Positions 1 to 11,660 of a DNA stretch of 64,000 nt are shown here, piece by piece; the stretch's first letter is position 1, and every line of letters starts with the position of its first letter. The DNA lies in contig JANNXA010000027.1 in assembly GCA_031409275.1 (NCBI GenBank), positions 114,146 to 178,145 on the forward strand, written 5' to 3'. Below the pieces are notes generated by a model. It saw nothing but the letters and a program-made list of their open reading frames with translations. It did not search any database and was not told the origin of the DNA. The stretch is from Planctomycetota bacterium (GTDB taxonomy: Bacteria; Planctomycetota; B15-G4; SIAN01). The position numbers were made by a program, and so were the translations under genes.

Positions 1-896
1 GATCTGCCCACGTCTCGCGGGCGCGCCAGGTCGATCCAGGTCGCCCGTGCGATCGGGCCGACGACGCCGCGGCGCGGCTCGGCGGTCGACAGGAACAGCG
101 CGACGTCGCGCCAATCCTCGCCCGTCTGCTGCGTCACCTCGGCCCGATAGGTGAGCGCGACCTTGGCCAGCGTCGCGTCGGCGCGCAGGTCGTATCGCGG
201 CATCCAGTGGGCGTTGCCGACCTCGTAGTCGAGCTCGAGGGAGAGCGCGCCGTCGTCGAGTGCGACGACGCTGAAGGAGAGGTCGAAGCGATTCGTCGGT
301 CCGCCCGACCGAAGCGTGGCACGTTCGTCACGCGCGGCCGACAACGCCGCTTCGGCGGCCTGCCGCGCCTCGGTCGCCGCGCGCTCGCCGCTGCGCGCGC
401 TGCGGAGTTGCTCGCCGAGATAGCGGTAGTTGGGGTTCCAGGCGTCCGCCTCGGGGCGGCCGCGAGCCATCTCCTGCGCATGCGCCGTCGCCTCCTGCGC
501 GAGCAGCGCCTCGACTCGCTCGCGCAACGCCACTCGCAGCGCGAGCGCGTCGGCGGCGCGGTCCAGCTGCTCGGCCAGCGATTCGATCCGCTGTTCGATC
601 GCGGCGATCCGTTCGGGCGCGACCACGTCGGGGGCGGCGGCACGGACCGTGAGGTCGTTGGCTTCCGCGCCGACGAGGCGCAACTGCACGCTGTCGGGAA
701 CCAGCGTCGGCGGCAGTCCCGGGATCACGTAGCGACCATCGCCGCTTGGAAGCGCGGCACGCCGCTTCACCAGCGCGCTGTCGCGATGGACCGAGACTTC
801 GGTGATGGTCGTGGCGAGCGGAGTTTCGCGGTCGACGCGAGCGCCGACGGACGTCAACGCCAACGGCAGCACGAAGAGCGGGAACGAGGCGAGCAT
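1..896 (-). CDS. DUF4139/DUF4140 (mucoidy inhibitor MuiA-like) family exported protein, 3' end runs off the window
   Basis: Not in the ORF track because it is open at the edge. Manual translation from ATG 896 gives MLASFPLFVLPLAL...TITEVSVHRDSALVKRR...GLPPTLVPDSV...LELDYEVGNAHWMPRYDLRA...TYRAEVTQQTGEDWRDVALFLSTAEP, the typical DUF4140/DUF4139 motifs. The start overlaps the upstream stop (TGATG). Confidence 0.8.
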   Translation of the reverse strand, partial: MLASFPLFVLPLALTSVGARVDRETPLATTITEVSVHRDSALVKRRAALPSGDGRYVIPGLPPTLVPDSVQLRLVGAEANDLTVRAAAPDVVAPERIAAIEQRIESLAEQLDRAADALALRVALRERVEALLAQEATAHAQEMARGRPEADAWNPNYRYLGEQLRSARSGERAATEARQAAEAALSAARDERATLRSGGPTNRFDLSFSVVALDDGALSLELDYEVGNAHWMPRYDLRADATLAKVALTYRAEVTQQTGEDWRDVALFLSTAEPRRGVVGPIARATWIDLARPRDVGR

Positions 897-1483
897 CACG
901 GATCCTCCGTCGGCAGGGGCGGTGTGGTGGCCGGCGCGCTCGGCGCCGGGCCAGCGTCGGTCGAGAGGGTCGGACCGCGAGCGGGCTCGGCAGTTCCCGA
1001 TGGCGCGGGTACCGGCGGTGTTCGCCGCTCGCGCGCGACGGCTCGGGTGAGCAGGCGGTCGAGCGTCGCGGCAAAGGCCTGCAGATCGCGCGTCCCGTAG
1101 GGGCGCGGACCGCCGGTGGAGACGCCGGCCCCGCGCAGGAAATCCATGAAGTTGCGCACCGAGAGGCGGCTTTGGGCGTCGTCTTCGGTGTACTCGCTTC
1201 CGCGCGGATCGATCACGGCGACCTGCTTCGCCACGAGCTGAGCCGCGAGCGCGATGTCCGCGGTGATCACGACGTCGCCCGCGATCGCTTCCTGGACGAT
1301 CCGGCGATCCGCGGCGTCGGCGCTCCCATCGACGACGATGACCCGCGCATTCGGATAGGCGGCGGGAATCGGCGGCGATTGGTTCGCGACGAGGATCGTC
1401 TCGATCGCGAGGCGCTTGCCGGCGCGAAAGATGATGTCCTTCATCTCGCGCGGCGCGGCGTCGGCATCGATCCAGAGTCTCAT
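896..1483 (-). CDS. YaiI/YqxD (DUF188) family protein
   Basis: MRLWIDADAAP...DAADRRIV...GDVVITADIALAAQLV...IDPRG.EYT...RLSVRNFMDFLRGAG...GGPRPY matches the family signature. Start trimmed from the longer ORF 896..1804. Confidence 0.88.
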   Translation of the reverse strand: MRLWIDADAAPREMKDIIFRAGKRLAIETILVANQSPPIPAAYPNARVIVVDGSADAADRRIVQEAIAGDVVITADIALAAQLVAKQVAVIDPRGSEYTEDDAQSRLSVRNFMDFLRGAGVSTGGPRPYGTRDLQAFAATLDRLLTRAVARERRTPPVPAPSGTAEPARGPTLSTDAGPAPSAPATTPPLPTEDP

Positions 1484-1581
1484 CGAGGCGACACTACCGA
1501 TCGAAGACCGCGGCGTCGGATCTCGTCGCGCGTGCTCCGCGAGGAGAGGCGATCCCGTCGACTCGTGCGGGAGATCTCGCA

Positions 1582-2667
1582 TCAGCCGGGTGGGGCGAGG
1601 GGCGGCCGCTGGAGGCTGCCCGAAGTGGGGGCGCCGTAGAGACGGTCGATGGGGCTGCGGACACCGGCGGGGCCGCGGTTCAGGACGTGGGTGTAGATCA
1701 TGGTGGTCGAGACATCCTCGTGGCCGAGCAGTTGCTGCACCGTGCGAATGTCGTAGCCATCCTCGAGCAGATGGGTCGCGAAGGAATGGCGAAAGGTGTG
1801 GCAAGTGGCGTGCTTCACGATGCCGGCGCGCGCGACGGCCAGGTGAACGGAGCGTTGCAGCACCGTCTCATGCAAGTGGTGGCGGCGCAGGGTTTGAGTG
1901 TCGGCGCAGTAGTGGAGCCGGGCGGCCGGAAAGACCCACTGCCATGGCCAGCTCGCGGCCGCCTGGGTGTACTTGCGCGCGAGATCCGCCGGCAGTTCGA
2001 CTTCGCCAGCGCCGTGCGCAAGATCGCGTTGATGGAGCCGTCGGGTCAGGCGGAGGTGGTCGCGCAGCGGCTCGATCAGCACGTGGGGCAACGGCGCTGC
2101 ACGGTCCTTGCCGCCCTTACCGCGACGCACGAGGAGCTGTCGCGCCGAGAAGTCGACGTCCTTCACTCGTAGCTGCAGCGCTTCCATCAGGCGCAGTCCC
2201 GCTCCGTACAGCAGATGAGCCGCCAACGCCGGCGCGCCCGTCAACTGCGAGAGCACCGCGTGCACCTCCTCGCGCGTCATCACCACGGGCAGGCGCTTGG
2301 GCGCCTTCGCGCGCACCAGCGGCTCGAGGCTCTCGAGTTCGCGCTGCAGCACGTCACGAAAGAGGACCAAGAGAGCCGCGAGCGCCTGATTCTGGGTCGA
2401 GGCCGATACCTGATGGGTGGTGGCGAGGTCGGAGAGGAAGTCGCGGATCTGCGGAGCGCCCATCGCGTCCGGATGCTGCATGCCGTGGAAGCGGACGAAA
2501 CGGACGACCCACTGGACGTAGGCCTGCTCGGTACGAGGGCTCAGGTGGCGCGCGCGAATCACCGAACGCACGCGCTCGATCAGGCGCGGTGTCGCCGGGT
2601 CTGCGGCCGGCGTTGCCTTGCGCGGTCGATCGTCGGAGGCGGGTGTGCCGAACGGCCAGCGGACCAT
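1582..2667 (-). CDS. intI: Integron integrase (tyrosine recombinase, IntI family)
   Basis: SPRTEQAY..W, VSASTQNQALAAL, KRLPVV, YGAGLR, RGKGGKDR, the integron-specific insertion (VELPADLARKY...WPWQWVFPA), HTFRHSFATHLL and LLGH.DVSTTMIYTHV. The start may be ATG 2667 or further upstream. Confidence 0.93.
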   Translation of the reverse strand: MVRWPFGTPASDDRPRKATPAADPATPRLIERVRSVIRARHLSPRTEQAYVQWVVRFVRFHGMQHPDAMGAPQIRDFLSDLATTHQVSASTQNQALAALLVLFRDVLQRELESLEPLVRAKAPKRLPVVMTREEVHAVLSQLTGAPALAAHLLYGAGLRLMEALQLRVKDVDFSARQLLVRRGKGGKDRAAPLPHVLIEPLRDHLRLTRRLHQRDLAHGAGEVELPADLARKYTQAAASWPWQWVFPAARLHYCADTQTLRRHHLHETVLQRSVHLAVARAGIVKHATCHTFRHSFATHLLEDGYDIRTVQQLLGHEDVSTTMIYTHVLNRGPAGVRSPIDRLYGAPTSGSLQRPPLAPPG

Positions 2668-2791
2668 GGAGCGCTCGCTCGCGGCGGCGCCGAACATCGA
2701 CGCGGCACCCGATTGCACGCGCCTGACGTCGACCTTCGTCGCGATGCGAGGACGATGCGACGGCGCCGCGGTGACGAATGCGAAGCGCGCT

Positions 2792-3523
2792 TCAGCTCGA
2801 ACTCGCGAGCTCCTGCGTGGCTCGGGTGAGCCGTTGCGCCGGCACTTCGTGCGTCAGAGCGGCAAGGGCGGCGGCCAGTTGCGAGCGGGTCGCACCCAGG
2901 CGGCGCGCGCCCCGAAGATGGCTCTTGAGCTGCGCGGGGCAATCGAGCGCCGCGAGCGCGGCGACGGCCAGCAGTTCGCGCTCGCGCCCCTCGAGGCCGG
3001 CGCGCGTCAGCACGCGACCGTAGGCGTCCTCGAGCACCCAGTTCGAGTAATCGGCGGCGACGGCGTCGAGCCGCACGATCACCGCATCGCTCGCCGCGCC
3101 GTAGATCTTCCGGAAGAGCGCTCGGCCACGCGCTCGATCCGCCACCCGCGTTCGTGAAGCGACGCGAGCAGGGGCCTTCGGCGGGATCGAGCGCCGCGAG
3201 CTTGCGATCTCGGCGAGCGCCGTCTCGAGCTGGCGCAATCCCTGGATGGCACGCGGGAAACCGCAGAAGAGGTGCGCCATCCGGGCGACTTCGAGGAGCC
3301 GCACGCGCGACTCTCCCGTCGCGAGCGCCGCCGAGTAGTGGCGACGGGTCGCCGGCTCGCGACCGTCGACGGTCGCCACGAAGGCGCGGATCGCGTGGGC
3401 GAAACCGGCGCCGAGCGGTGCGGTGCTCGCGGCGCGACGGCGCGCTGCGGTCGATCGGTCAGGTCGTTGGGGTTGCGAACGCTTTGCCACTCTGCCTCGC
3501 TCCTCGCCACGGTCGCCGCGCAT
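2792..3523 (-). CDS. Carboxymuconolactone decarboxylase/AhpD-like protein
   Basis: HLFCGFPRA and RGRALFRKIYG...EDAYGRVLTRAGL...RELLAVAALAAL...QLKSHLRGARRLGAT are CMD-family motifs. Start uncertain (ATG 3523 or GTG 3490). Confidence 0.72.
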   Translation of the reverse strand: MRGDRGEERGRVAKRSQPQRPDRSTAARRRAASTAPLGAGFAHAIRAFVATVDGREPATRRHYSAALATGESRVRLLEVARMAHLFCGFPRAIQGLRQLETALAEIASSRRSIPPKAPARVASRTRVADRARGRALFRKIYGAASDAVIVRLDAVAADYSNWVLEDAYGRVLTRAGLEGRERELLAVAALAALDCPAQLKSHLRGARRLGATRSQLAAALAALTHEVPAQRLTRATQELASSS

Positions 3524-3779
3524 CTTTCGCCGTCCGCCGGCGCTCCACAAGTGGCATTGCGCGCGGTCTGGCGGGACCGTCACCGCGCCTGCTGGGTGAC
3601 GTCCAACGATCGTTGCACGGGCGCCGCGCCGCTCGTCGTGCGAGCCGTCGCCCGTGTCACAGGTCGGGGGGATCTCGACGGTGGGTTGCGGATGGCGGCG
3701 CAGACGGCAAGCTCGCGGCGCTGCGGCACGCTCGCACCCTGCATGGTGCGAGCCGCTCGTCGCCCTGGGAGAGTTCGGC

Positions 3780-5663
3780 ATGGGCTTTGGATTCATCGAC
3801 CCGCGATCACGTGCGCTGCTCGTTGCGCTGCTCGTTCCGCTCGCCGCCGCAGCGGCGCAGCCGCTTCCGCAGGAGGGGACACCGCCGAAGCAGGACGCGC
3901 CGCCGGCCGCGGCGCCAAAGCCCCAGGCGCGCACCAATCGAGCTGCCGTCGCCAACCTGCCGATCGCCGACGTCACGAACTACCGTGGCGGCCTCACCGC
4001 TGCGGTCACTTCAGCGAGCGCCCACTTCGACGTCGATCTGCGCGGCGTCGACCTCACCGCCGATCCGCTCCTGATCGTGAATGGGTCGCCGATTTCACAG
4101 GCCGACCTCTCGCGCCAGATCGCGTTTTCGTTCGGTGCCAACGAGATCGAACAGTTCCTCACCGGCGTGATGCTGCGGCGGGTGAAGGCGGAGCTCGCTG
4201 CGGCCGGCCATCCGGTGCCGCCGAGCACCATCACCGAAGACGAGATCAAGAAGAAGTTCGAGGAGGACAAGAAGGTCATCCCGCAGATGCGTGGCATGAC
4301 GCCGGAGCAGTACGAGAAGGCGATCCTCGAGGGGATCGGCTGGCCGCGCTACGTCGAGTTCCAGCGCCAGCAGATGGAGTTCGAGCGCTTCTTCCTGCCC
4401 GATCCGCCGGAGGAATGGGCGAAGCACCAGCGCGAGCTCACCAAGGAGCTCGACGACGCGGAGACCAAGAAGGAAGAGGAGCGCAAGGCGAAGGAGGCCG
4501 CGGAGGCGGCCGCTTCAGGCGGCGCGAAAGAGGCCGGGAAAGATGACGGGAAAGAGGCCGCGAAGCCCAATCCGCAGATGCCCCCCGCGCCACCTGCCGA
4601 CCTTTCCTTCATCCCCGCCAAGACGTGGGAGCTCCTCGACGAGCGCACCGCGGCGACGCTCAAGCTGAACTACGCGCGCGGCAACAGCCTGCATCCGCTG
4701 ATGCGCGGCGGGCTGATCGGCAGCTTCCGCAAGAAGCTCCTGGCGACGGTCGAGGTGCGCGCCGGTCGTCCCGACGAGCCCGACGTTGCCATCGTCTGCG
4801 GCGACGAGAAGTTCGCGATGAAGGAGCTGCTCGCATTGGTTGGCGGGCGCCTCGAGGACGATGCGCGGCGGATCGCGTTGCGCGAGCTCCTGAACCTGCG
4901 CGCGGTCGATGCACGCCTCGCCAAAGAGGGTGTCCTCCTGCCCGAAGCCGAAGGCGACGCGCGGATGCGCGAGTGGCGCAAGAAGTACGACGGCTCGCTG
5001 ATCCAGGCCGAGCAGATCGTCGCGGCGTACGGCTACAACAGCGTGTGGCACTTCCGCGAGGTGTTCCGCCGCAAGCAGTCGTATCGGCAGCTCGTCGAAG
5101 TCGGACTCACCGAAGAGAAGGTGAAGAACCACTACGACAACGCCGGTCGCGTCTTCTTCGAGGGCGGCACCGTGATCGGGCAGCTGCTCTTCATTCCGGG
5201 CCCCGACAAGGAGGCGTCGCGGGCGCAGATCGACGCGCTGCTCGCCGAGGTCGGCGCGGGAACGCGCAGCTTCGCGGCCGTCGCGCGCGAAGCGGGCAAG
5301 TACCCGGACGGCGCCGAGATCCACTCGGGCGCGCTGTCGCCGTTGGTTCGCAACAAGCTGCGTTCGGCGCTGAACGAGGCGGAGTACACCAACTTCCTCA
5401 CGGGCTACTCCTTCGCGGACGAGGCGTTCTACGCGGCCAAGGAGGGCTCGATCATCGGTCCGATCTGGCGCGACCTCGTGCCCGAGAAGACGGGTTGGTA
5501 CGCCTTCCACATCGACCGCTTCTTCACGACCGGCTCGCGACCGGCGCTGCTCGACCCGAAGGTGCGTGATCGGGCGATCGACGACCTCGTCGACGTCACC
5601 TTCCCGCGCTACGTGAACGAGGCGCTCTCGCGCAGCTCGATCGAGCTCCCGCCGAAGAAGTGA
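3780..5663 (+). CDS. Exported protein with probable SurA/PpiC (parvulin)-like chaperone region
   Basis: Signal peptide (LLVALLVPLAAAAAQ). C-terminal LTEEKVKNHYD...GQLLFI...SFAAVARE...SGAL...IGPI...GWYAFHI resembles a degenerate parvulin fold. Codon usage looks strongly coding. Confidence 0.55.
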   Translation: MGFGFIDPRSRALLVALLVPLAAAAAQPLPQEGTPPKQDAPPAAAPKPQARTNRAAVANLPIADVTNYRGGLTAAVTSASAHFDVDLRGVDLTADPLLIVNGSPISQADLSRQIAFSFGANEIEQFLTGVMLRRVKAELAAAGHPVPPSTITEDEIKKKFEEDKKVIPQMRGMTPEQYEKAILEGIGWPRYVEFQRQQMEFERFFLPDPPEEWAKHQRELTKELDDAETKKEEERKAKEAAEAAASGGAKEAGKDDGKEAAKPNPQMPPAPPADLSFIPAKTWELLDERTAATLKLNYARGNSLHPLMRGGLIGSFRKKLLATVEVRAGRPDEPDVAIVCGDEKFAMKELLALVGGRLEDDARRIALRELLNLRAVDARLAKEGVLLPEAEGDARMREWRKKYDGSLIQAEQIVAAYGYNSVWHFREVFRRKQSYRQLVEVGLTEEKVKNHYDNAGRVFFEGGTVIGQLLFIPGPDKEASRAQIDALLAEVGAGTRSFAAVAREAGKYPDGAEIHSGALSPLVRNKLRSALNEAEYTNFLTGYSFADEAFYAAKEGSIIGPIWRDLVPEKTGWYAFHIDRFFTTGSRPALLDPKVRDRAIDDLVDVTFPRYVNEALSRSSIELPPKK

Positions 5664-6457
5664 GCGGCGCGGCCGATGCCGTCGGAGGCTGTCGTTCCCG
5701 CCCTCCGGCGGAATCGCGTCGACGCGTGCGTCTGCTGATGGGAGGGGCCGCGGCCCCGGCCTTCAACCTCGCGCTCGATGAGGCGCTGCTGCACGGTGAA
5801 GGTGCCGTCGTGCGCCTGTACGAATGGGAGCCGCCCGGACTGTCGCTCGGCTACTTCCAGAAGTTCGCCGAACTCGATCTCGCACCGATCGAGCGCCGCG
5901 GTTTCGTCGTCGTTCGCCGGCCGACCGGCGGCGGCGCGATCGCGCACATCGACGAGCTGACGTTCTGCATCGCGGACGACGTCGGCGGCGGCTTCTTCGA
6001 TGCGGACGTGCGCGCGGGTTACCGGCGCATCCATCGCGCCTTCGCCGCCGCGCTGCTGCAGCTCGGCGCCAGCACCAAGGAGCGCGGTGAGGCGCCGCTC
6101 GTCAGCGACGAGCCGAGCGCGGAGTGGCTCTGCTTCTACAAATCGAGCAGCGTCGACCTCGAGGCGCGCGGCCGCAAGCTGCTCGGTTCGGCGCAGCGGC
6201 GAGTCGGCCGGAGAGTCATGCATCACGGCTCGTTGCCGTTGCGCCCCAATCCGGTGACCCCCGGCGCGGCGAACGTGGCCGGAGAACTCGGGCGCGCCGT
6301 GGCGGCGGGGGAGGTCGCTGCCGCGCTCGTCGATGCGTTCGAAGCGGAGTTCGATTGCCAACTCGTGGCCGACTCGCCGACGCGGGACGAGCTCGATCGC
6401 GCCGCGCTCCTCGTGGCCGAGAAGTACGGTCAGGCGATCTGGACGAGAGCCCGCTGA
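5660..6457 (+). CDS. Lipoate-protein ligase A / octanoyltransferase (LipM-like) family
   Basis: NLALDEALL, RLYEW..P.LSLGYFQ, VVRRPTGGGA, CF and GRKLLGSAQRR...HHGSL motifs. GTGA overlap with the upstream stop. Confidence 0.88.
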   Translation: MSGAADAVGGCRSRPPAESRRRVRLLMGGAAAPAFNLALDEALLHGEGAVVRLYEWEPPGLSLGYFQKFAELDLAPIERRGFVVVRRPTGGGAIAHIDELTFCIADDVGGGFFDADVRAGYRRIHRAFAAALLQLGASTKERGEAPLVSDEPSAEWLCFYKSSSVDLEARGRKLLGSAQRRVGRRVMHHGSLPLRPNPVTPGAANVAGELGRAVAAGEVAAALVDAFEAEFDCQLVADSPTRDELDRAALLVAEKYGQAIWTRAR

Positions 6458-6524
6458 CGGACGCGGCCGCAGCGGCGCCGCTCGTGCCGCCGCTATCGTT
6501 CGCCGCGCCACTCGACCGGGTGGC

Positions 6525-7667
6525 GTGGTCCTGCGGGGAGACATCGCGATATCGATCGATCGGGCAGCACTCGCACGCGGGCTGGGGCAGAGCCTCTGGT
6601 ACGACAACATCTCGCGAGCGCTGCTGCGCGACGGCACCATCGAGCGGCTCGTGGCGGGCGGCGTGATCACGGGCATCACCACCAATCCGGCGATCTTCCA
6701 GAAGGCGCTCGAAGGGGGCGGCGATTACGACCGCGAGATCGCCGTGCTCGCCGCGCAGGGGCTTGCCGCGGAGGCGATCTACGACCGCCTCACGATCGCC
6801 GACGTGCAGTCTGCCGCCGATCTGCTGAAGCCCGTATGGGAGCGCTCGCAGGGCAAGGACGGCTACGTCTCGCTCGAAGTGCTCCCGCGCTTCGCCGCCG
6901 ACGCCGCGGCGACCGTCGCCGAGGGCAAACGGCTGTTCAAGGAGTGCTCGCGCCAGAACGTGATGATCAAGGTGCCGGGCACCGCCGCGGGCGTCGAGGC
7001 GTTCCGATTGCTGACCGAGGCGGGCGTCCACGTGAACGTGACGCTGCTCTTCTCGCTCGAGCAGTACGAGGCGATCGCGCAGGCCTGGATCGCCGCGCTG
7101 CGCCACCGCATGAAGAAGGGCTTCGCGATCCACACGCTCGCCTCGGTGGCGAGCTTCTTCGTGAGCCGCGTCGACAACGCCATCGATCCGCAGCTCGATC
7201 AGAAGGCCGCCGCCGATCCGGGCGCGCGCGCCGAGCTGCTCGCCCTGCGCGGCAAGGCGGCAGTGGCCAATTGCAAGGCGGCCTACGCCCGCTTCCGCGA
7301 GCTGTTCGGCAAGGAGTTCGACGACTGCCGCGCGAAGGGCGGACGCGTGCAGCGCATGCTGTGGGCGTCGACCAGCACGAAGAACCCCGCTTACGACGAC
7401 CTGCTCTACGTCGAGAACCTCTTCGGCCCCGACACCGTCAACACGCTGCCGCCGGCGACGCTCGACGCGTTCCTGCACCATGGCGCGGCGCGCTCCGCCA
7501 CCGTGCTCGAGAAGCAGGGCGACGCGCTCGAGACGCTGAAGGCGCTCGCCCATCACGACGTCGACCTCGACGCCGTCTGCCGCAAGCTTCAGGACGACGG
7601 CGTCGCCGCCTTCGCGAAGAGCTTCGACACGCTGATCGCGGCCATCGAGAAGAAGCGCAAGGCCTGA
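6525..7667 (+). CDS. tal: Transaldolase (type 2)
   Basis: GQSLWYDNISR, GITTNPAIF, DGYVSLEV, NVMIKVPGT, NVTLLFS, SVASFFVSRVD, QRMLWASTSTKNP and GPDTVNTLP. Start uncertain (GTG 6525 or ATA 6549). Confidence 0.93.
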   Translation: MVLRGDIAISIDRAALARGLGQSLWYDNISRALLRDGTIERLVAGGVITGITTNPAIFQKALEGGGDYDREIAVLAAQGLAAEAIYDRLTIADVQSAADLLKPVWERSQGKDGYVSLEVLPRFAADAAATVAEGKRLFKECSRQNVMIKVPGTAAGVEAFRLLTEAGVHVNVTLLFSLEQYEAIAQAWIAALRHRMKKGFAIHTLASVASFFVSRVDNAIDPQLDQKAAADPGARAELLALRGKAAVANCKAAYARFRELFGKEFDDCRAKGGRVQRMLWASTSTKNPAYDDLLYVENLFGPDTVNTLPPATLDAFLHHGAARSATVLEKQGDALETLKALAHHDVDLDAVCRKLQDDGVAAFAKSFDTLIAAIEKKRKA

Positions 7668-7685
7668 ACGGGCCGCGCGGGCCGC

Positions 7686-10604
<2,919 letters not shown>

Positions 10605-10632
10605 GGCGATCCGCAGCAGCGCGTGGCCCGGC

Positions 10633-11016
10633 TCAGTGCTCGTCGGCGCACTTCTTCTCGTAGGCGGCCGCGTCGAGCAGGCTGTTCCACTCGGCGTCGC
10701 TGGCGACCTTGAACTTGAGCATCCAGCCCTTGTTCCACGGATCGGCGGTGAGGCTCGCGATGTCATCGACGAGCGCCTGGTTCACCGCGCTCACCTCGCC
10801 GCCGATCGGCGCGAAGAGCTCGGAGACGGCCTTGACCGACTCGATCTCGCCGAAGCGGTCACCCTTCTTCAGCTTGGCGCCGACCGCGGGAAGCGACAGG
10901 AAGGTGAGGTCGGAGAGGTGCTCGACCGCGAACGCGGTGATGCCGACGGTCACGACGTTGCCGTCTTTCTTGGCCCATTCGTGCGATTCGAGGTAGCGGC
11001 GATCGCTGGGAACCAT
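10633..11016 (-). CDS. gcvH: Glycine cleavage system H protein
   Basis: SHEW...VGITAFA...[15 protein letters not shown] (lipoyl-Lys)...DPWNKGWM. Confidence 0.95.
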   Translation of the reverse strand: MVPSDRRYLESHEWAKKDGNVVTVGITAFAVEHLSDLTFLSLPAVGAKLKKGDRFGEIESVKAVSELFAPIGGEVSAVNQALVDDIASLTADPWNKGWMLKFKVASDAEWNSLLDAAAYEKKCADEH

Positions 11017-11128
11017 GGGTGCCTGTCGACTCCAGGTTGGAGGCAGGCGCGCAGCAGCGGAGATCGCGGCGGCGAGCCGACCCGGCGGAAAAGGGCCGGG
11101 ATGATAACGGCTCCTGCCAACCTCAGCG

Positions 11129-11458
11129 TCACGCCTCGCGGGTGAGCTCGCGTGCCAGAGCGTCCCAATCGATCGCGCGGAGCGCGTGGCGCTCGATCGG
11201 CGGCAGCGCGGCGAAGTGGTCGCACTCGGCCGGGTCGCGGAAGTCGCCATAGGGGAGGTGGCTGCTGCGGACCATGCGCTCGCTCTCCCCGAGGTTCGGA
11301 GCGAGCAGCGCCGCGATGGAGCCCGGGGCGACCAGGAAGATGTCGCGGGGAACCGGCGGGACGACGGCCGGGCGGGACGCGGCAGGACGACGGCGCCAGA
11401 GCGCTCGCCAGAGCCGAACGAGTCGGATGCACCAGTGACTGAAAGGGCTCGCCGTCAT
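11129..11458 (-). CDS. Hypothetical protein
   Basis: 109-aa ORF fills the gap upstream of gcvH on the same strand. No recognised family. Confidence 0.4.
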   Translation of the reverse strand: MTASPFSHWCIRLVRLWRALWRRRPAASRPAVVPPVPRDIFLVAPGSIAALLAPNLGESERMVRSSHLPYGDFRDPAECDHFAALPPIERHALRAIDWDALARELTREA

Positions 11459-11660
11459 CGTGGGGCGCGACCGTACCACCGGCTCCCCAGCGCCACAAGC
11501 ACCCGGTGAAGCTCGCGCCGGCGAGAAAGGATTGCCGACCGTCGCCACCTGCGACTTCGGGAGCGGCGTCGATCCAAGTTGCAAGCCCGCCCGCGCCGAT
11601 GACGGGGCGATGGAATCGTGCCGGCGTTGTGCCGGCAGCGTCTTCTCGTGCGCGAGCTCC

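Noticed and set aside
2703..2717. CGGCACCCGATTGCA upstream of intI, resembling a sigma54 promoter or cassette promoter
   Set aside because: GG-to-GC spacing is 9 nt instead of the required 10, and there is no downstream cassette.
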